From an uncultured Acidobacteriota bacterium (lineage in GTDB: Bacteria; Acidobacteriota; UBA6911; RPQK01; JAPXNP01): DNA of 64,000 nucleotides. The stretch's first letter is position 1, and the number at the start of each line of letters is the position of its first letter. The position numbers and the translations under genes were made by a program. Below the pieces are notes generated by a model, which saw only the letters and a list, made by a program, of their open reading frames with translations, did no database searches and was not told the origin of the DNA. Below, piece by piece: positions 19,378 to 28,692 of this stretch. Location: positions 192,001 through 256,000 of the forward strand of contig CAVZRV010000008.1 in the NCBI GenBank assembly GCA_963777605.1, given 5' to 3'.

Positions 19378-20880
19378 ATGAACTTTCGCCCATTCGTGCT
19401 GACTTCAATCGTCTCGTTTCTCTTCGTTGCAGCTTGCTCCAGCAAACCGCCGGTCGAATCCGCACCCGCGAAAAACCTGGATCGGCCGAACCTCCTGCTC
19501 GCGATTGCCGATGACTGGAGTTGGCCACATGCCGGGGCCTATGGAGACCCTGCAGTAAAGACTCCAACATTTGACCGAGTAGCTCGTGAAGGGGTTCTGT
19601 TCAGCAATGCCTACGTTGCATCACCTTCCTGTACGCCAAGCCGCGCGGCCTTATTGACCGGCCAGTGGCACTGGAGGCTGGAAGAGAGCGCCAACCTCTG
19701 GAGTACTCTGCAGACCCGGTTTGCGGTCTATCCCGATATTCTCGAAGCGGCGGGATATTATGTCGGCTTCAGCGGAAAGGGATGGGGACCCGGTAAATGG
19801 GAAGTCGGAGGGAGAACGCGAAATCCGGCTGGTACCGAGTATGCCGATTTTGAGACCTTTCTCAAAGAACGGCCAGAAAGTGAACCCTTCTGTTACTGGT
19901 TCGGGAGCTTCGATCCGCACCGGCCCTACGAGGAGGGCACCGGGATCGCCTCGGGCATCGACCCGAAAGCGATTCGGCTTTTCGACATCTTTCCCGATGT
20001 TCCCGAGGTGCGAAGCGACGTCGCCGACTACATGTACGAGGTGCAGCGGTTCGATCGCGACGTTGGCAAGATGCTGGAGCTGCTCGAGTCAAGAGGCGAA
20101 CTCGACCGGACTCTCATCGTCGTCACGGGTGACAATGGAATGCCCTTCCCGCGGTGCAAGGGAAATCTGTACGACGGTGGGACCCGGGTACCCCTCGCGA
20201 TCCGCTGGTCCGGGCGGGTTGCTGCCGACCGGACGTCGGACGATCTCGTCAGCCTTACGGACCTGGCGCCGACATTCCTGGAGGCGGCGGGCATCGCGGT
20301 TCCGACTGAAATGACTGGCCGGAGCCTCGTGCCGATCCTGGCCTCGGCAAAGAGTGGCCAGGTGGATCCCGACCGGGAATCCGTACTTCTGGGAAAGGAG
20401 AGGCACGTTCCGTGTCAGGAAGCCCCGGATTCCGGCGGAACGCCAATGCGGGCGATTCGCACTCACGACTATCTCTACGTTCGAAACTTCCGGCCCGACC
20501 GGTGGCCGGCGGGGACGCCCAACTACGAGAAGGCGACCTTTCCCGGATCCTGGTACGGCGACGTGGACAACGGCCCAACCAAGCTTTACATGGTGGAGAA
20601 TCAGGATCGGGACGAGCGGAATCGCCATCTCTTCGAACTCGCCTTCGAAAAACGTCCGTCCGAGGAACTCTATGACCTCCGCACGGATCCTCAGCAGATG
20701 AAGAACGTCGTCGCTGATCCGGAATACCAAGAGATCCGCGAAAGACTGGCCGCGCAATTGACCGCCGAACTGGAGAAGTCACAAGACCCCCGGCTCGGCA
20801 GCGAGCCCTCCCGACTGGAGCGGTACCCCTATTACGGGGGAAGCCCGCTGAAACCCGGGTACAAACCCCCAAAGAAGTGA
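19378..20880 (+). CDS. Sulfatase (N-sulfoglucosamine sulfohydrolase-like), lipoprotein
   Basis: PNLLLAIADD, CTPSRAALLTG, GKGWGPG, DPHRPY, GDNGMPFPRCKGNLYD, EELYDL; lipobox FVAAC. Confidence 0.92.
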   Translation: MNFRPFVLTSIVSFLFVAACSSKPPVESAPAKNLDRPNLLLAIADDWSWPHAGAYGDPAVKTPTFDRVAREGVLFSNAYVASPSCTPSRAALLTGQWHWRLEESANLWSTLQTRFAVYPDILEAAGYYVGFSGKGWGPGKWEVGGRTRNPAGTEYADFETFLKERPESEPFCYWFGSFDPHRPYEEGTGIASGIDPKAIRLFDIFPDVPEVRSDVADYMYEVQRFDRDVGKMLELLESRGELDRTLIVVTGDNGMPFPRCKGNLYDGGTRVPLAIRWSGRVAADRTSDDLVSLTDLAPTFLEAAGIAVPTEMTGRSLVPILASAKSGQVDPDRESVLLGKERHVPCQEAPDSGGTPMRAIRTHDYLYVRNFRPDRWPAGTPNYEKATFPGSWYGDVDNGPTKLYMVENQDRDERNRHLFELAFEKRPSEELYDLRTDPQQMKNVVADPEYQEIRERLAAQLTAELEKSQDPRLGSEPSRLERYPYYGGSPLKPGYKPPKK

Positions 20881-21023
20881 AATGGCGATCGGTCGGTGTT
20901 CAGAATGCGAGAGTCGGCGAGTGCGTCGCCAGACGTTCTTCTGTTGCTTCGCCTGATGTTGACTCCACCAGCTGATTCAAACCCTCCAGGGCCGCCAGTT
21001 CATCCAAGGGAGCAACCTGACGA

Positions 21024-21770
21024 TCACCGCAGTAACCGCCCACCGTTGACGTCGATGGTGCTGCCGGTCATGAACCGGCACAGTGGGCTGGCCACAAACG
21101 TGATCATCCGGGCAATCTCTTCAGGTTCAGCGTAGGCTGAAACCAGCAGTTTCTTCTTCAGGTAGTCCGCCGGAAGATGTGAAGCGGTCAACTGGCCCAT
21201 CTCGGTCAGGGTCATTCCGGGTGCGACACAGTTGACCCGAACGCGCGGCGCAAGAGCCCGGGCCGCACTTTTGGTCAGGTTGATGACGCCTGCCTTGGAG
21301 GCAGCGTAGTGGGCATGGTGCGGAGCCCCGGTGTGTCCTGAGACGCTTGAAACGATGGTTATCGAGGAGCCGTCGCGCAGCCGGGGGATGGACTCGCGGA
21401 GCACGCGAAAGGGCCCGTTCAAGTTGGTGTCGATGACCTGCTCCCACTCCTCGGCGGAGAGTTCCTCGAACGGGGTGACCAGGTTGAGCCCGGCACAGAT
21501 AATGAGAAGGTCGATGCCGGCGGTTACCTCGTCCAGCGATTTGAACAGTTGCGCCACTTGCGACGAACTCGAAATGTCAACGGGGAATTCCCGGACCTCT
21601 CTACCCGACCTCCCCAGTTCGGACGCCAGTTTTTTCGCCTGCTGTCGACTCGAGCGGTACGTCAAAGCCAGGTGAGCCCCTTCCTCGACCAGGATCCGGC
21701 AGGTGGCTGCCCCGATCCCTTTTGAGCCCCCGATAACCAGTGCGAACTTGTCCTCGAGTTGGAGATCCAT
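21024..21770 (-). CDS. Short-chain dehydrogenase/reductase (FabG-like)
   Basis: GGSKGIG, TNLNG, VSSVS, YAASK, RVNCVAPG, TGSTIDVNGG. Confidence 0.93.
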   Translation of the reverse strand: MDLQLEDKFALVIGGSKGIGAATCRILVEEGAHLALTYRSSRQQAKKLASELGRSGREVREFPVDISSSSQVAQLFKSLDEVTAGIDLLIICAGLNLVTPFEELSAEEWEQVIDTNLNGPFRVLRESIPRLRDGSSITIVSSVSGHTGAPHHAHYAASKAGVINLTKSAARALAPRVRVNCVAPGMTLTEMGQLTASHLPADYLKKKLLVSAYAEPEEIARMITFVASPLCRFMTGSTIDVNGGRLLR

Positions 21771-22144
21771 TCTGGGAGTATAGAGAACATTCTCGATCTT
21801 CGGAGTGTGTTGCCGGAATCGCCATCGGAGCAAATTCTGACTCGTCTAACCGTGCCCAATCCGCCCGCGGGCGCACGAAGCCCCCGGGCAAAGCCTCCGG
21901 CGGGGGCCAAACCCCTAACCCCATACTAGTAATTACGAACGTGTCGGGAAAAGTGCGAAGACCGCGGGAAGAAAGTGGAAAAGGCTTGGTTTGCAGGGTG
22001 TGCCTGGTATGGCGGCCGGGCAGCTTGCCCGGCGGAAGTGAACATTCTCAATCCAGGATTCTTGATTTCCGGTTTGTTCTGAAACAGTCCGCCACCGGGA
22101 CTGAATCGCACTTTCAGTGCTGCAATGCAGCCTCGGATCGGATT

Positions 22145-22191
22145 CCCGGGGCGTTGCCGCCGGGCTGGAAATGACCCTGCGCCGTTGGCGC
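22145..22191. repeat. REP-like double hairpin (CCCGG-GGC-GTT-GCC-G-CCGGG ... GCGCC-GTT-GGCGC)
   Basis: Two GC-rich stem-loops, both with GTT loops, in an intergenic region; the form resembles extragenic palindromic units. Only one copy was seen in this window. Confidence 0.45.
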
Positions 22192-22296
22192 GCTCATCTG
22201 GCGATGCTTCACCAGTTTCAATTACTGAATGATCCGGCGCCGCCGGGGGCGCCCCTGACTTGGGCTCCGTCGTGCGGGGAGGGTGGCAGAAGCTGG

Positions 22297-22305
22297 TGCT
22301 ATAGT
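22297..22305 (+). promoter_or_regulatory. Extended -10 promoter TGcTATAGT for the nuclease/ATPase pair
   Basis: Near-consensus extended -10 located 70 nt upstream of ATG 22376. Confidence 0.55.
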
Positions 22306-22375
22306 CGGAACTTCCACTGCTGTTCGTCCCGGCGTTCGAACGGCGGACGTTTTTCAGCCTGATCAAGGGCGCCCT

Positions 22376-23683
22376 ATGGCAGAACCTGTTGTTCCAGACA
22401 ACGAGTTGGTCTTAGTACTGAGCGGTGACCTCCACCTGGGCAGGGCATCCAGCCAGGTGCCCGGACAGGTCCATCGTGATGAACTGCGGGCAACGGGTGC
22501 CTGGGGCCGAATCGTCGAACTGGCCATCCGAGGGCGAGCTGCAGCAGTCTGCCTGAGTGGAGACGTCGTTGACCAGGACAATCGCTTCTGGGAGGCCATC
22601 GGTCCCCTCGAGAGAGGCATTCAGCGCCTTTCCTCAGAGGGCGTGCGCACCGTGGCGGTCGCGGGAAACCATGACCACGAAGTCCTGGCGAGGCTGGCTG
22701 ACCAATTTACGCCGGAGGCGTTCCAACTCCTCGGCAGGAACGGGAACTGGGAGCGACTCACGCTCAAACAGGACGGCCACGCAATCCTGCACGTCGATGG
22801 GTGGTCGTTTCCGAAGTCGCGGGTACAGACCAGCCCCCTCGACAGTTACGACTTTGCACGCGATCCCAACATTCCCACGTTGGGACTCGTGCACGGCGAT
22901 CTGGATACGTTTTCCAGCCCTTACGGCCCCCTCGACCAGGCGAGCCTGAAGGGTATTGGGCCGTCCGCTTGGTTGTTGGGACACGTCCACGCTCCCCGAT
23001 TGATCGCGGAACAGGGCCTCCCCTGGATTCTCTACCCCGGCTCGCCCCAGGCACTGGATCCGGGAGAAGCGGGTGTGCACGGGCCCTGGACCTGCCGGGT
23101 CGGATCCGGAGTGCTGGAGACGCCTGTGCAGGTTCCGACTTCCAGCGTTGGCTATGTAGGCCTCACTATTGATCTGGAAGGGGTTGGTGATGAAGCCGAA
23201 TTACAGGTTCGAATACTGGAGCGGATCAGGGAGGAGGCGGAAGAGATCATCAGGATTTGTGGAGATGATCTGTTCTGCCTGAGCCTGAGGCTGCGACTTT
23301 CCGGGCGGACCCGACTTTCCGGGTCGCTTCCGGACCTCGTGCCGACGATCAAGGACGATTTGGCACTGTCCGTCGATGGAGTCATGGTGGTCGTGGAGAG
23401 GCTGGACGTGGAAACTCTGCCGGCGATCGAACTGGCGGAGTACGCCCGGTCGTCCTCTGCGCCGGGCGCCGTGGCCCGACTGATCACTGAACTCGAAGGG
23501 GACGATCTTTCCGAGGACACGCGAGAGTTGGTTCGCCTGGTTCGCCGCGGGATCGAAGAACAGGATCGCCAGAAAGGTTTTGCGGGACTTCCCAGGCCAT
23601 CCATATCGGAGGCGCTCGCACGGGACTACCTCCTTTCCCAGGCCCGGGGACTGCTGGCCCGGTTGGTGGAGCAGTCAGAATGA
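22376..23683 (+). CDS. Mre11/SbcD-like metallophosphoesterase nuclease (YhaO-type)
   Basis: All five phosphoesterase motifs: GDLHLG, SGDVVD, AGNHD, LVHG, LGHVH; also YPGSPQ. The stop overlaps the ATPase start (ATGA). Confidence 0.9.
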   Translation: MAEPVVPDNELVLVLSGDLHLGRASSQVPGQVHRDELRATGAWGRIVELAIRGRAAAVCLSGDVVDQDNRFWEAIGPLERGIQRLSSEGVRTVAVAGNHDHEVLARLADQFTPEAFQLLGRNGNWERLTLKQDGHAILHVDGWSFPKSRVQTSPLDSYDFARDPNIPTLGLVHGDLDTFSSPYGPLDQASLKGIGPSAWLLGHVHAPRLIAEQGLPWILYPGSPQALDPGEAGVHGPWTCRVGSGVLETPVQVPTSSVGYVGLTIDLEGVGDEAELQVRILERIREEAEEIIRICGDDLFCLSLRLRLSGRTRLSGSLPDLVPTIKDDLALSVDGVMVVVERLDVETLPAIELAEYARSSSAPGAVARLITELEGDDLSEDTRELVRLVRRGIEEQDRQKGFAGLPRPSISEALARDYLLSQARGLLARLVEQSE

Positions 23684-26600
23684 ATCAACCGGCAGTGCGA
23701 TTCCAAAAGCTCGAGGTCGATCGCGTGCTCGGTATCCGGAGGGGAGACCGGTTCACCCTGAACGAACTTTCGGAGGAGTTCAACCTGATTTGCGGACCGA
23801 ACGGTTCGGGCAAGAGCACTACCGCCAAAGTGATCCAGGAACTCCTCTGGCCGGGAAGAACCGGGCTGGTCAGGCCTTCTGCCGGCGGAGTCTTTCGGCT
23901 CGCCGACGAGGAATGGTCCGTCCTGCTCGATGCGGGACATCCTGAGTTCTTTTGCGATGGCCGCAACGGAAACCTCCCGTCCGTTGGACCGCCTGAGAAT
24001 CGGTACCGGTATCGTCTGGCTCTCGACGAACTCCTGGGAGAAGACAATGCCGAGTTCGCCAAGGCGATTGCCGATGCCAGCCAGGGTGGTTTCGACCTCG
24101 AGTCTGCTGCCCGGAAAGCGGGCTTTCGCGAAAAGCCACCTTCCCGTACCTCGGAACGCAAAAAGGTCGAGGAGGCCCGCAGCCTGGTCGATAAGGCCCG
24201 CTCGCGCCAGCGGGACATCGAGGGGGAGGCTGCCAAGCTGGATGGACTGAGAACGGATCGGGACCGTTCCATCACAGCCCAGAAGGAATTGGAGGCGTTG
24301 CAGGAAGTTCTCCTGTATAGAAAGGCGGCAGGGAATCTCGAGCGTCTTGAGTCTGAACTCGCCCAGTTCCCGCGGCGACTCGAACTCCTCAAAGGAGAAG
24401 AACTCGAAGAACTCGATCGCTCGGACGAAGTGATTGCCCGCCTCGAAAATGACCGGATCGAGCAGGAGAAACGGATAACCAAGGCCATCGACGAACTCAA
24501 GGCTGCAGGTCTCGATCAGGCAGTCGCCGATCCCAAAATTGTTACCGGCCTGAGGGCTCTCGAACGCCAGATCGGAACGAGAGAGAGTGACCTGCGGCAG
24601 CACGAATCCCGGTTATCCGAGGCTGAAGCGGCCGCAGAGAAAGTCCTGCAACGGCTCGGTTCCCACTTCGACAGGGATCAACTGGTTGCGATCGAGACGG
24701 TCGAAATTGAGCCGGCGACCGGCTTTGCCAGAGAATCAGTTCGCTTGCGGGCGGAGGAGCGAGCCGCCCGTGAGATGCAACGGTGGCTGGCGCCCGAGTC
24801 CGGTGCGGATAATGCGGCTCCCTCTTCTGACGAGCTCAAAGAGGGGATCCGCCTGCTTGGTCGATGGCTGTCGTCTGGGGTCGGAACCGAACCGGCCGGC
24901 CGGACCGATGGGTTTTTGATCGCGGCTTCGGTGCTGGTTGCCGCTCTTGGCCTGGTGCTCGCTTTCATGGTTCACCCGGCCTGGGGGATCATGGCCCTGG
25001 TCGCGATTGCTCTCGTGCTGATGCGAGGGCGGCGGGAGCGTCAGGGCCATCGGAGCGAAATTGCGGACCCCAGGCGGATCCATCGTGACGACTATTCCCG
25101 GATGGATCTTCCCCAGCCGGAGGCCTGGGAAGAAGCCGAGGTCAACCGACTGCTGTCGAGGCTCGTTCGATTGACCGGCGAGACCAGTCTTGAGGAGGAG
25201 AGGAAGCGTCGTCGAGAGGATGTCGCGGCCCAGTTGGACGAACTCGGCGGACGGCTCCGCGAGATGGAGATGCATCGGGACGAAATTCAGCACAGGTTGG
25301 GCCTTCGTGCAGAAATTGGCGAGGAATGGCTTCCCCTATTGATTGACAATGTCGGCGAATGGCAGAAGCATCACACGACGGCCGTTTCCCTGCGGAGTGC
25401 CGTTGCGAAACTTAAAGACAAGCGGGAGGCTCTACTCCAGGATGCGGCTGAACTCCTGGTTCCCTTCGGCGTCGCTTCCGTCGATTCATCGGAGAGACTG
25501 GCTGGCGTCATCGACGAATTGGCAAATCGGCAGGAGCGGTTTCGAAATGCTTCCCGGGAGATCAAGGAGGCGAAGAGTCAGCTCGACCGTGCCCTGAGGG
25601 ACCTGGAGGATGTGGCCTCCCAGAAGCAGAAGGTCCTGGATCTGCTGAAGCTCGCTGACGGCGATCGGCACACCCTGCAGGAGTGGCTGCGGCTTCGGCC
25701 CCGGTTTCTCGAACTGCGGGATCAAGCTACCGAGGCCCGTGCCGTCGTCCAGGAGCGCCGCCGGTCGCTGGAGACCCGCGGTGACCTCCTGGAAATGGAT
25801 TCCGTTGCGATTAAGCAGCGGATCGAGACGCAGAATGAGATGGCGTCGATGCGGGACCAGCTCAGTGAGAGGATTGCCGCCATCAACCATGCGATCAAGG
25901 CGGCAAAAGAAGGCCACGAGCTGTCCGACGCGCTGGAGGAGCAGCAGGCGGCGCTCGCTGAGTTGGAGCAGGCTCGCGACGAAAATCGGCACATGGTGGT
26001 TGGCAGCATCCTGAAGGACTGGGTGCGCGGGGTATCGATTGAACGCTCGCGGCCGGAGGTCTTTCGCCGGGCCAACGAGTTGCTGGCCCGTTTCACCCGC
26101 GGCTCCCTGCAGATCGAACTCGAGGACCGGGAGAATCCCCCCAAGTTTCTGGCCCGCGAGGGCAAATTGCCCGCGCGCCCCTTGGACGAACTCTCGACCG
26201 GGGAGCGGATCCAGACCCTGATTGCGGTTCGAATCGCCTTCATCGAACAGGACGAACCGGTGGCATTGCCTCTTCTCCTGGACGAGACACTCGGCGCCAG
26301 TGACGATTCCCGGGCCGCGGTGATCATGGACTCGGTGATCGAGATCGCCCGGGGCGGCCGGCAGGTCTTCTATTTCACCGCCCAGGAAGACGAAGTTGGA
26401 AAGTGGAAGGCAAGGCTCGAGTCGTCTGGTGTCTCGTTCAAGTTGATAAATCTCGCCCAGGTCCGTCAGCTCGAGTCCGCCACGGCCGGTTCTCTCGACA
26501 TTGCACCGGTACCCTCGACGAGTGCGCCCTCCCCCCGGGGATTGAGCTACACGGAGTACGGACGGCTGCTCGCTCCTCCTCCCATTGACCCGTTCGCGGA

Positions 26601-27141
26601 ATCGCCAGACGGGATCCACCTCTGGCATCTCCTGAACGACACTCTGGTGTTGTTTGAACTCCTCTCCAAGGACATCAACACCCTGGGGCAGTTGAGAACT
26701 CTCGTCGATCACGGCGGTGCGGGTCTGATCGAGGGCCGGTTCGAATCTGCGCTGGCGGCGGCGAAGGCTGTTGACGCGGCCTGCCGGGCCTGGCGAATCG
26801 GGCGCGCCCGGGCAATCGGCCGGTCGGATTTGGAGGAGTCAGGGGCTGTGTCCGACGTCTTTATCAACCAGGTCGCGGAACTCGCCAGGTCTCTCAAGGG
26901 GAATGCAGGTGCCCTGATACGGGCACTGGAGGAACCGGGAAGGGTGTCCCGCTGGCGAGGAGACAAGACTGAGGCGCTGCGTGCCTTTTTTGATCAGTCC
27001 GGATTTCTTCCTGACACCGAGCCGCTCCCGGTCGCTGATGTCCGACTCCGAGCAATGGCTGAAGTAGCCGCGGAACTGAAAGAGGGCATCATCAGCCAGG
27101 ATCTTGTAGACCGCATCGTTGTGTCATTGCCACGAGATTAG
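23680..27141 (+). CDS. Rad50/SbcC-like ABC ATPase with long coiled coil and internal TM hairpin (YhaN/SbcE-type)
   Basis: Walker A GPNGSGKST, long heptad region, hydrophobic hairpin at about residues 412-448, signature LSTGE, Walker B LLLDE, D-loop LGASD, then an extra C-terminal domain of about 220 aa. Confidence 0.88.
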   Translation: MNQPAVRFQKLEVDRVLGIRRGDRFTLNELSEEFNLICGPNGSGKSTTAKVIQELLWPGRTGLVRPSAGGVFRLADEEWSVLLDAGHPEFFCDGRNGNLPSVGPPENRYRYRLALDELLGEDNAEFAKAIADASQGGFDLESAARKAGFREKPPSRTSERKKVEEARSLVDKARSRQRDIEGEAAKLDGLRTDRDRSITAQKELEALQEVLLYRKAAGNLERLESELAQFPRRLELLKGEELEELDRSDEVIARLENDRIEQEKRITKAIDELKAAGLDQAVADPKIVTGLRALERQIGTRESDLRQHESRLSEAEAAAEKVLQRLGSHFDRDQLVAIETVEIEPATGFARESVRLRAEERAAREMQRWLAPESGADNAAPSSDELKEGIRLLGRWLSSGVGTEPAGRTDGFLIAASVLVAALGLVLAFMVHPAWGIMALVAIALVLMRGRRERQGHRSEIADPRRIHRDDYSRMDLPQPEAWEEAEVNRLLSRLVRLTGETSLEEERKRRREDVAAQLDELGGRLREMEMHRDEIQHRLGLRAEIGEEWLPLLIDNVGEWQKHHTTAVSLRSAVAKLKDKREALLQDAAELLVPFGVASVDSSERLAGVIDELANRQERFRNASREIKEAKSQLDRALRDLEDVASQKQKVLDLLKLADGDRHTLQEWLRLRPRFLELRDQATEARAVVQERRRSLETRGDLLEMDSVAIKQRIETQNEMASMRDQLSERIAAINHAIKAAKEGHELSDALEEQQAALAELEQARDENRHMVVGSILKDWVRGVSIERSRPEVFRRANELLARFTRGSLQIELEDRENPPKFLAREGKLPARPLDELSTGERIQTLIAVRIAFIEQDEPVALPLLLDETLGASDDSRAAVIMDSVIEIARGGRQVFYFTAQEDEVGKWKARLESSGVSFKLINLAQVRQLESATAGSLDIAPVPSTSAPSPRGLSYTEYGRLLAPPPIDPFAESPDGIHLWHLLNDTLVLFELLSKDINTLGQLRTLVDHGGAGLIEGRFESALAAAKAVDAACRAWRIGRARAIGRSDLEESGAVSDVFINQVAELARSLKGNAGALIRALEEPGRVSRWRGDKTEALRAFFDQSGFLPDTEPLPVADVRLRAMAEVAAELKEGIISQDLVDRIVVSLPRD

Positions 27142-27153
27142 AGCGGGTCGGAC

Positions 27154-28692
27154 GTGTTTGCCAGGTCCGGCCGGTCCGAGAGAGTGGCGGTTGACAACAA
27201 CAGCCTCAGTTGGCGAAATACGGGGGTGGCAACTGATGTCAAGGACACTCAACTGGAACTGAGTGGCGCCGACCTCCGTGAGATCCTGCAGGAGGTCGCT
27301 TCTCGACTGGCGTCCTTCGTAGACTCGATCCCGGAACTGGTCACGCCGTCTCTCGAAGATGCTGAGCAGTGGGTGCCGGGTCTGCGCGAGCCTCTCCCCG
27401 AACAGGGGACCCCGTTGACCTCGTTGCTGGACCAACTGTTCGGTCCTGTGAATCAAATGGACGGGCTGGTCCACAAGTCCTTCAACACGACAGGTCCCGG
27501 CTACCTGGCCTATATCCCGGGGGGAGGGATCCTCCACGCGGCGGTGGCCGACTTGATTGCCGACACGGTCAATCGCTACGTCGGGCTCTGGCTTCCGGCT
27601 CCCGGACTGGTCCAACTCGAGGCCAACGTCATCCGATGGTTCTGCGCTGTCGCAGGATACCCTTCCGGGTCACTGGGCGTGCTGACTACGGGTGGTTCCC
27701 AGGCGAACCTCTTCTCCGCCATCATGGCGAGGAGCGAGAGACTGGGAGAGGAACTCGGAAGTGGAGTCGCCTACGTCAGCGACCAGGTCCATCACTCGGT
27801 CGAGAAAGCCCTGGTCCTCGCTGGAATCCGCCGGTCCAACGTGCGCCGCGTACCGAGCGACGACCTGTTCCGGATGAGCCTCGATGACCTCCGCGAGATG
27901 ATCTCCACGGACCGAGAATCTGGACGGGTTCCTTTTCTGGTAGTCGGCAGTGGCGGGACTACGAATACCGGTGCGGTGGACAGCCTTGACGAACTGGCTC
28001 GGATCGCCCGTGACGAAGGCCTCTGGTTTCACGTCGATGCCGCCTACGGCGGGTTCTTCACCCTCACCGACCGGGGCCGCCAGGCCCTTCGTGGTATTGA
28101 GAAATCCGATTCGGTGACTCTCGATCCGCACAAGGGGCTGTTCCTCCCGTATGGAACGGGTCTTCTCCTGGTGAGAGAGGCCGCCGCCATGCGGAGGACG
28201 TTTTCCAGTGACGCTTCCTACTTGCCGGCGATCCAACATGACGATGACCGCATCGATTTCTGCGAGATCTCTCCAGAACTCTCGCGAGATTTTCGGGGCC
28301 TCAGGGTCTGGCTACCCATCAAGATGGCGGGAATCGACCCTTTCCGTCGCTGTCTCGATGAGAAACTGGACCTTGCCGATTGGGCGGCCGACCGATTGAG
28401 GTCCATTCCAGGGATCCGAATCGTTGCGGAACCGCAATTGTCTACTGTCGCGTTCCGGCTGGATCCCCCAGGATGTACTGTCGAAGAAACCAATGATCTC
28501 AACCGGATCCTGCTCGAGGAGGTTAACCGTGCCGGCAGAATCTTCATCTCGGGTACCATGTTGAGAGAGCGTTTTACACTCCGTTTTTGTGTTCTCTCGT
28601 TCAGGACGCACCGCGAGCACATGGAAGAAGCAGTGAAACTGGTCAGCCAATACTCCGCCTCTATTCTTGCGAAACGGCCCGGTACCCGATGA
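27154..28692 (+). CDS. Group II PLP-dependent decarboxylase (aromatic-L-amino-acid decarboxylase-like); real start may be GTG 27226
   Basis: YLAYIPGGG, TTGGSQAN, HHSVEKA, GTTNTGAVD, WFHVDAAYGG, DSVTLDPHKGL (PLP lysine), ELSRDFRGLRVW. Confidence 0.9.
   Translation: MFARSGRSERVAVDNNSLSWRNTGVATDVKDTQLELSGADLREILQEVASRLASFVDSIPELVTPSLEDAEQWVPGLREPLPEQGTPLTSLLDQLFGPVNQMDGLVHKSFNTTGPGYLAYIPGGGILHAAVADLIADTVNRYVGLWLPAPGLVQLEANVIRWFCAVAGYPSGSLGVLTTGGSQANLFSAIMARSERLGEELGSGVAYVSDQVHHSVEKALVLAGIRRSNVRRVPSDDLFRMSLDDLREMISTDRESGRVPFLVVGSGGTTNTGAVDSLDELARIARDEGLWFHVDAAYGGFFTLTDRGRQALRGIEKSDSVTLDPHKGLFLPYGTGLLLVREAAAMRRTFSSDASYLPAIQHDDDRIDFCEISPELSRDFRGLRVWLPIKMAGIDPFRRCLDEKLDLADWAADRLRSIPGIRIVAEPQLSTVAFRLDPPGCTVEETNDLNRILLEEVNRAGRIFISGTMLRERFTLRFCVLSFRTHREHMEEAVKLVSQYSASILAKRPGTR

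Noticed and set aside
22322-22341. Possible LexA box (GTTC repeat) in the leader of the nuclease gene
   Set aside because: The spacing is GTTC-N8-GTTC rather than the N7 direct-repeat form, and the sequence is equally explained as part of a leader hairpin.
21926-22366. 146-aa minus-strand ORF and overlapping short ORFs in the SDR-nuclease intergenic region
   Set aside because: Low-complexity Pro/Arg/Ser-rich translations with no SD or motif, overlapping the apparent nuclease promoter.
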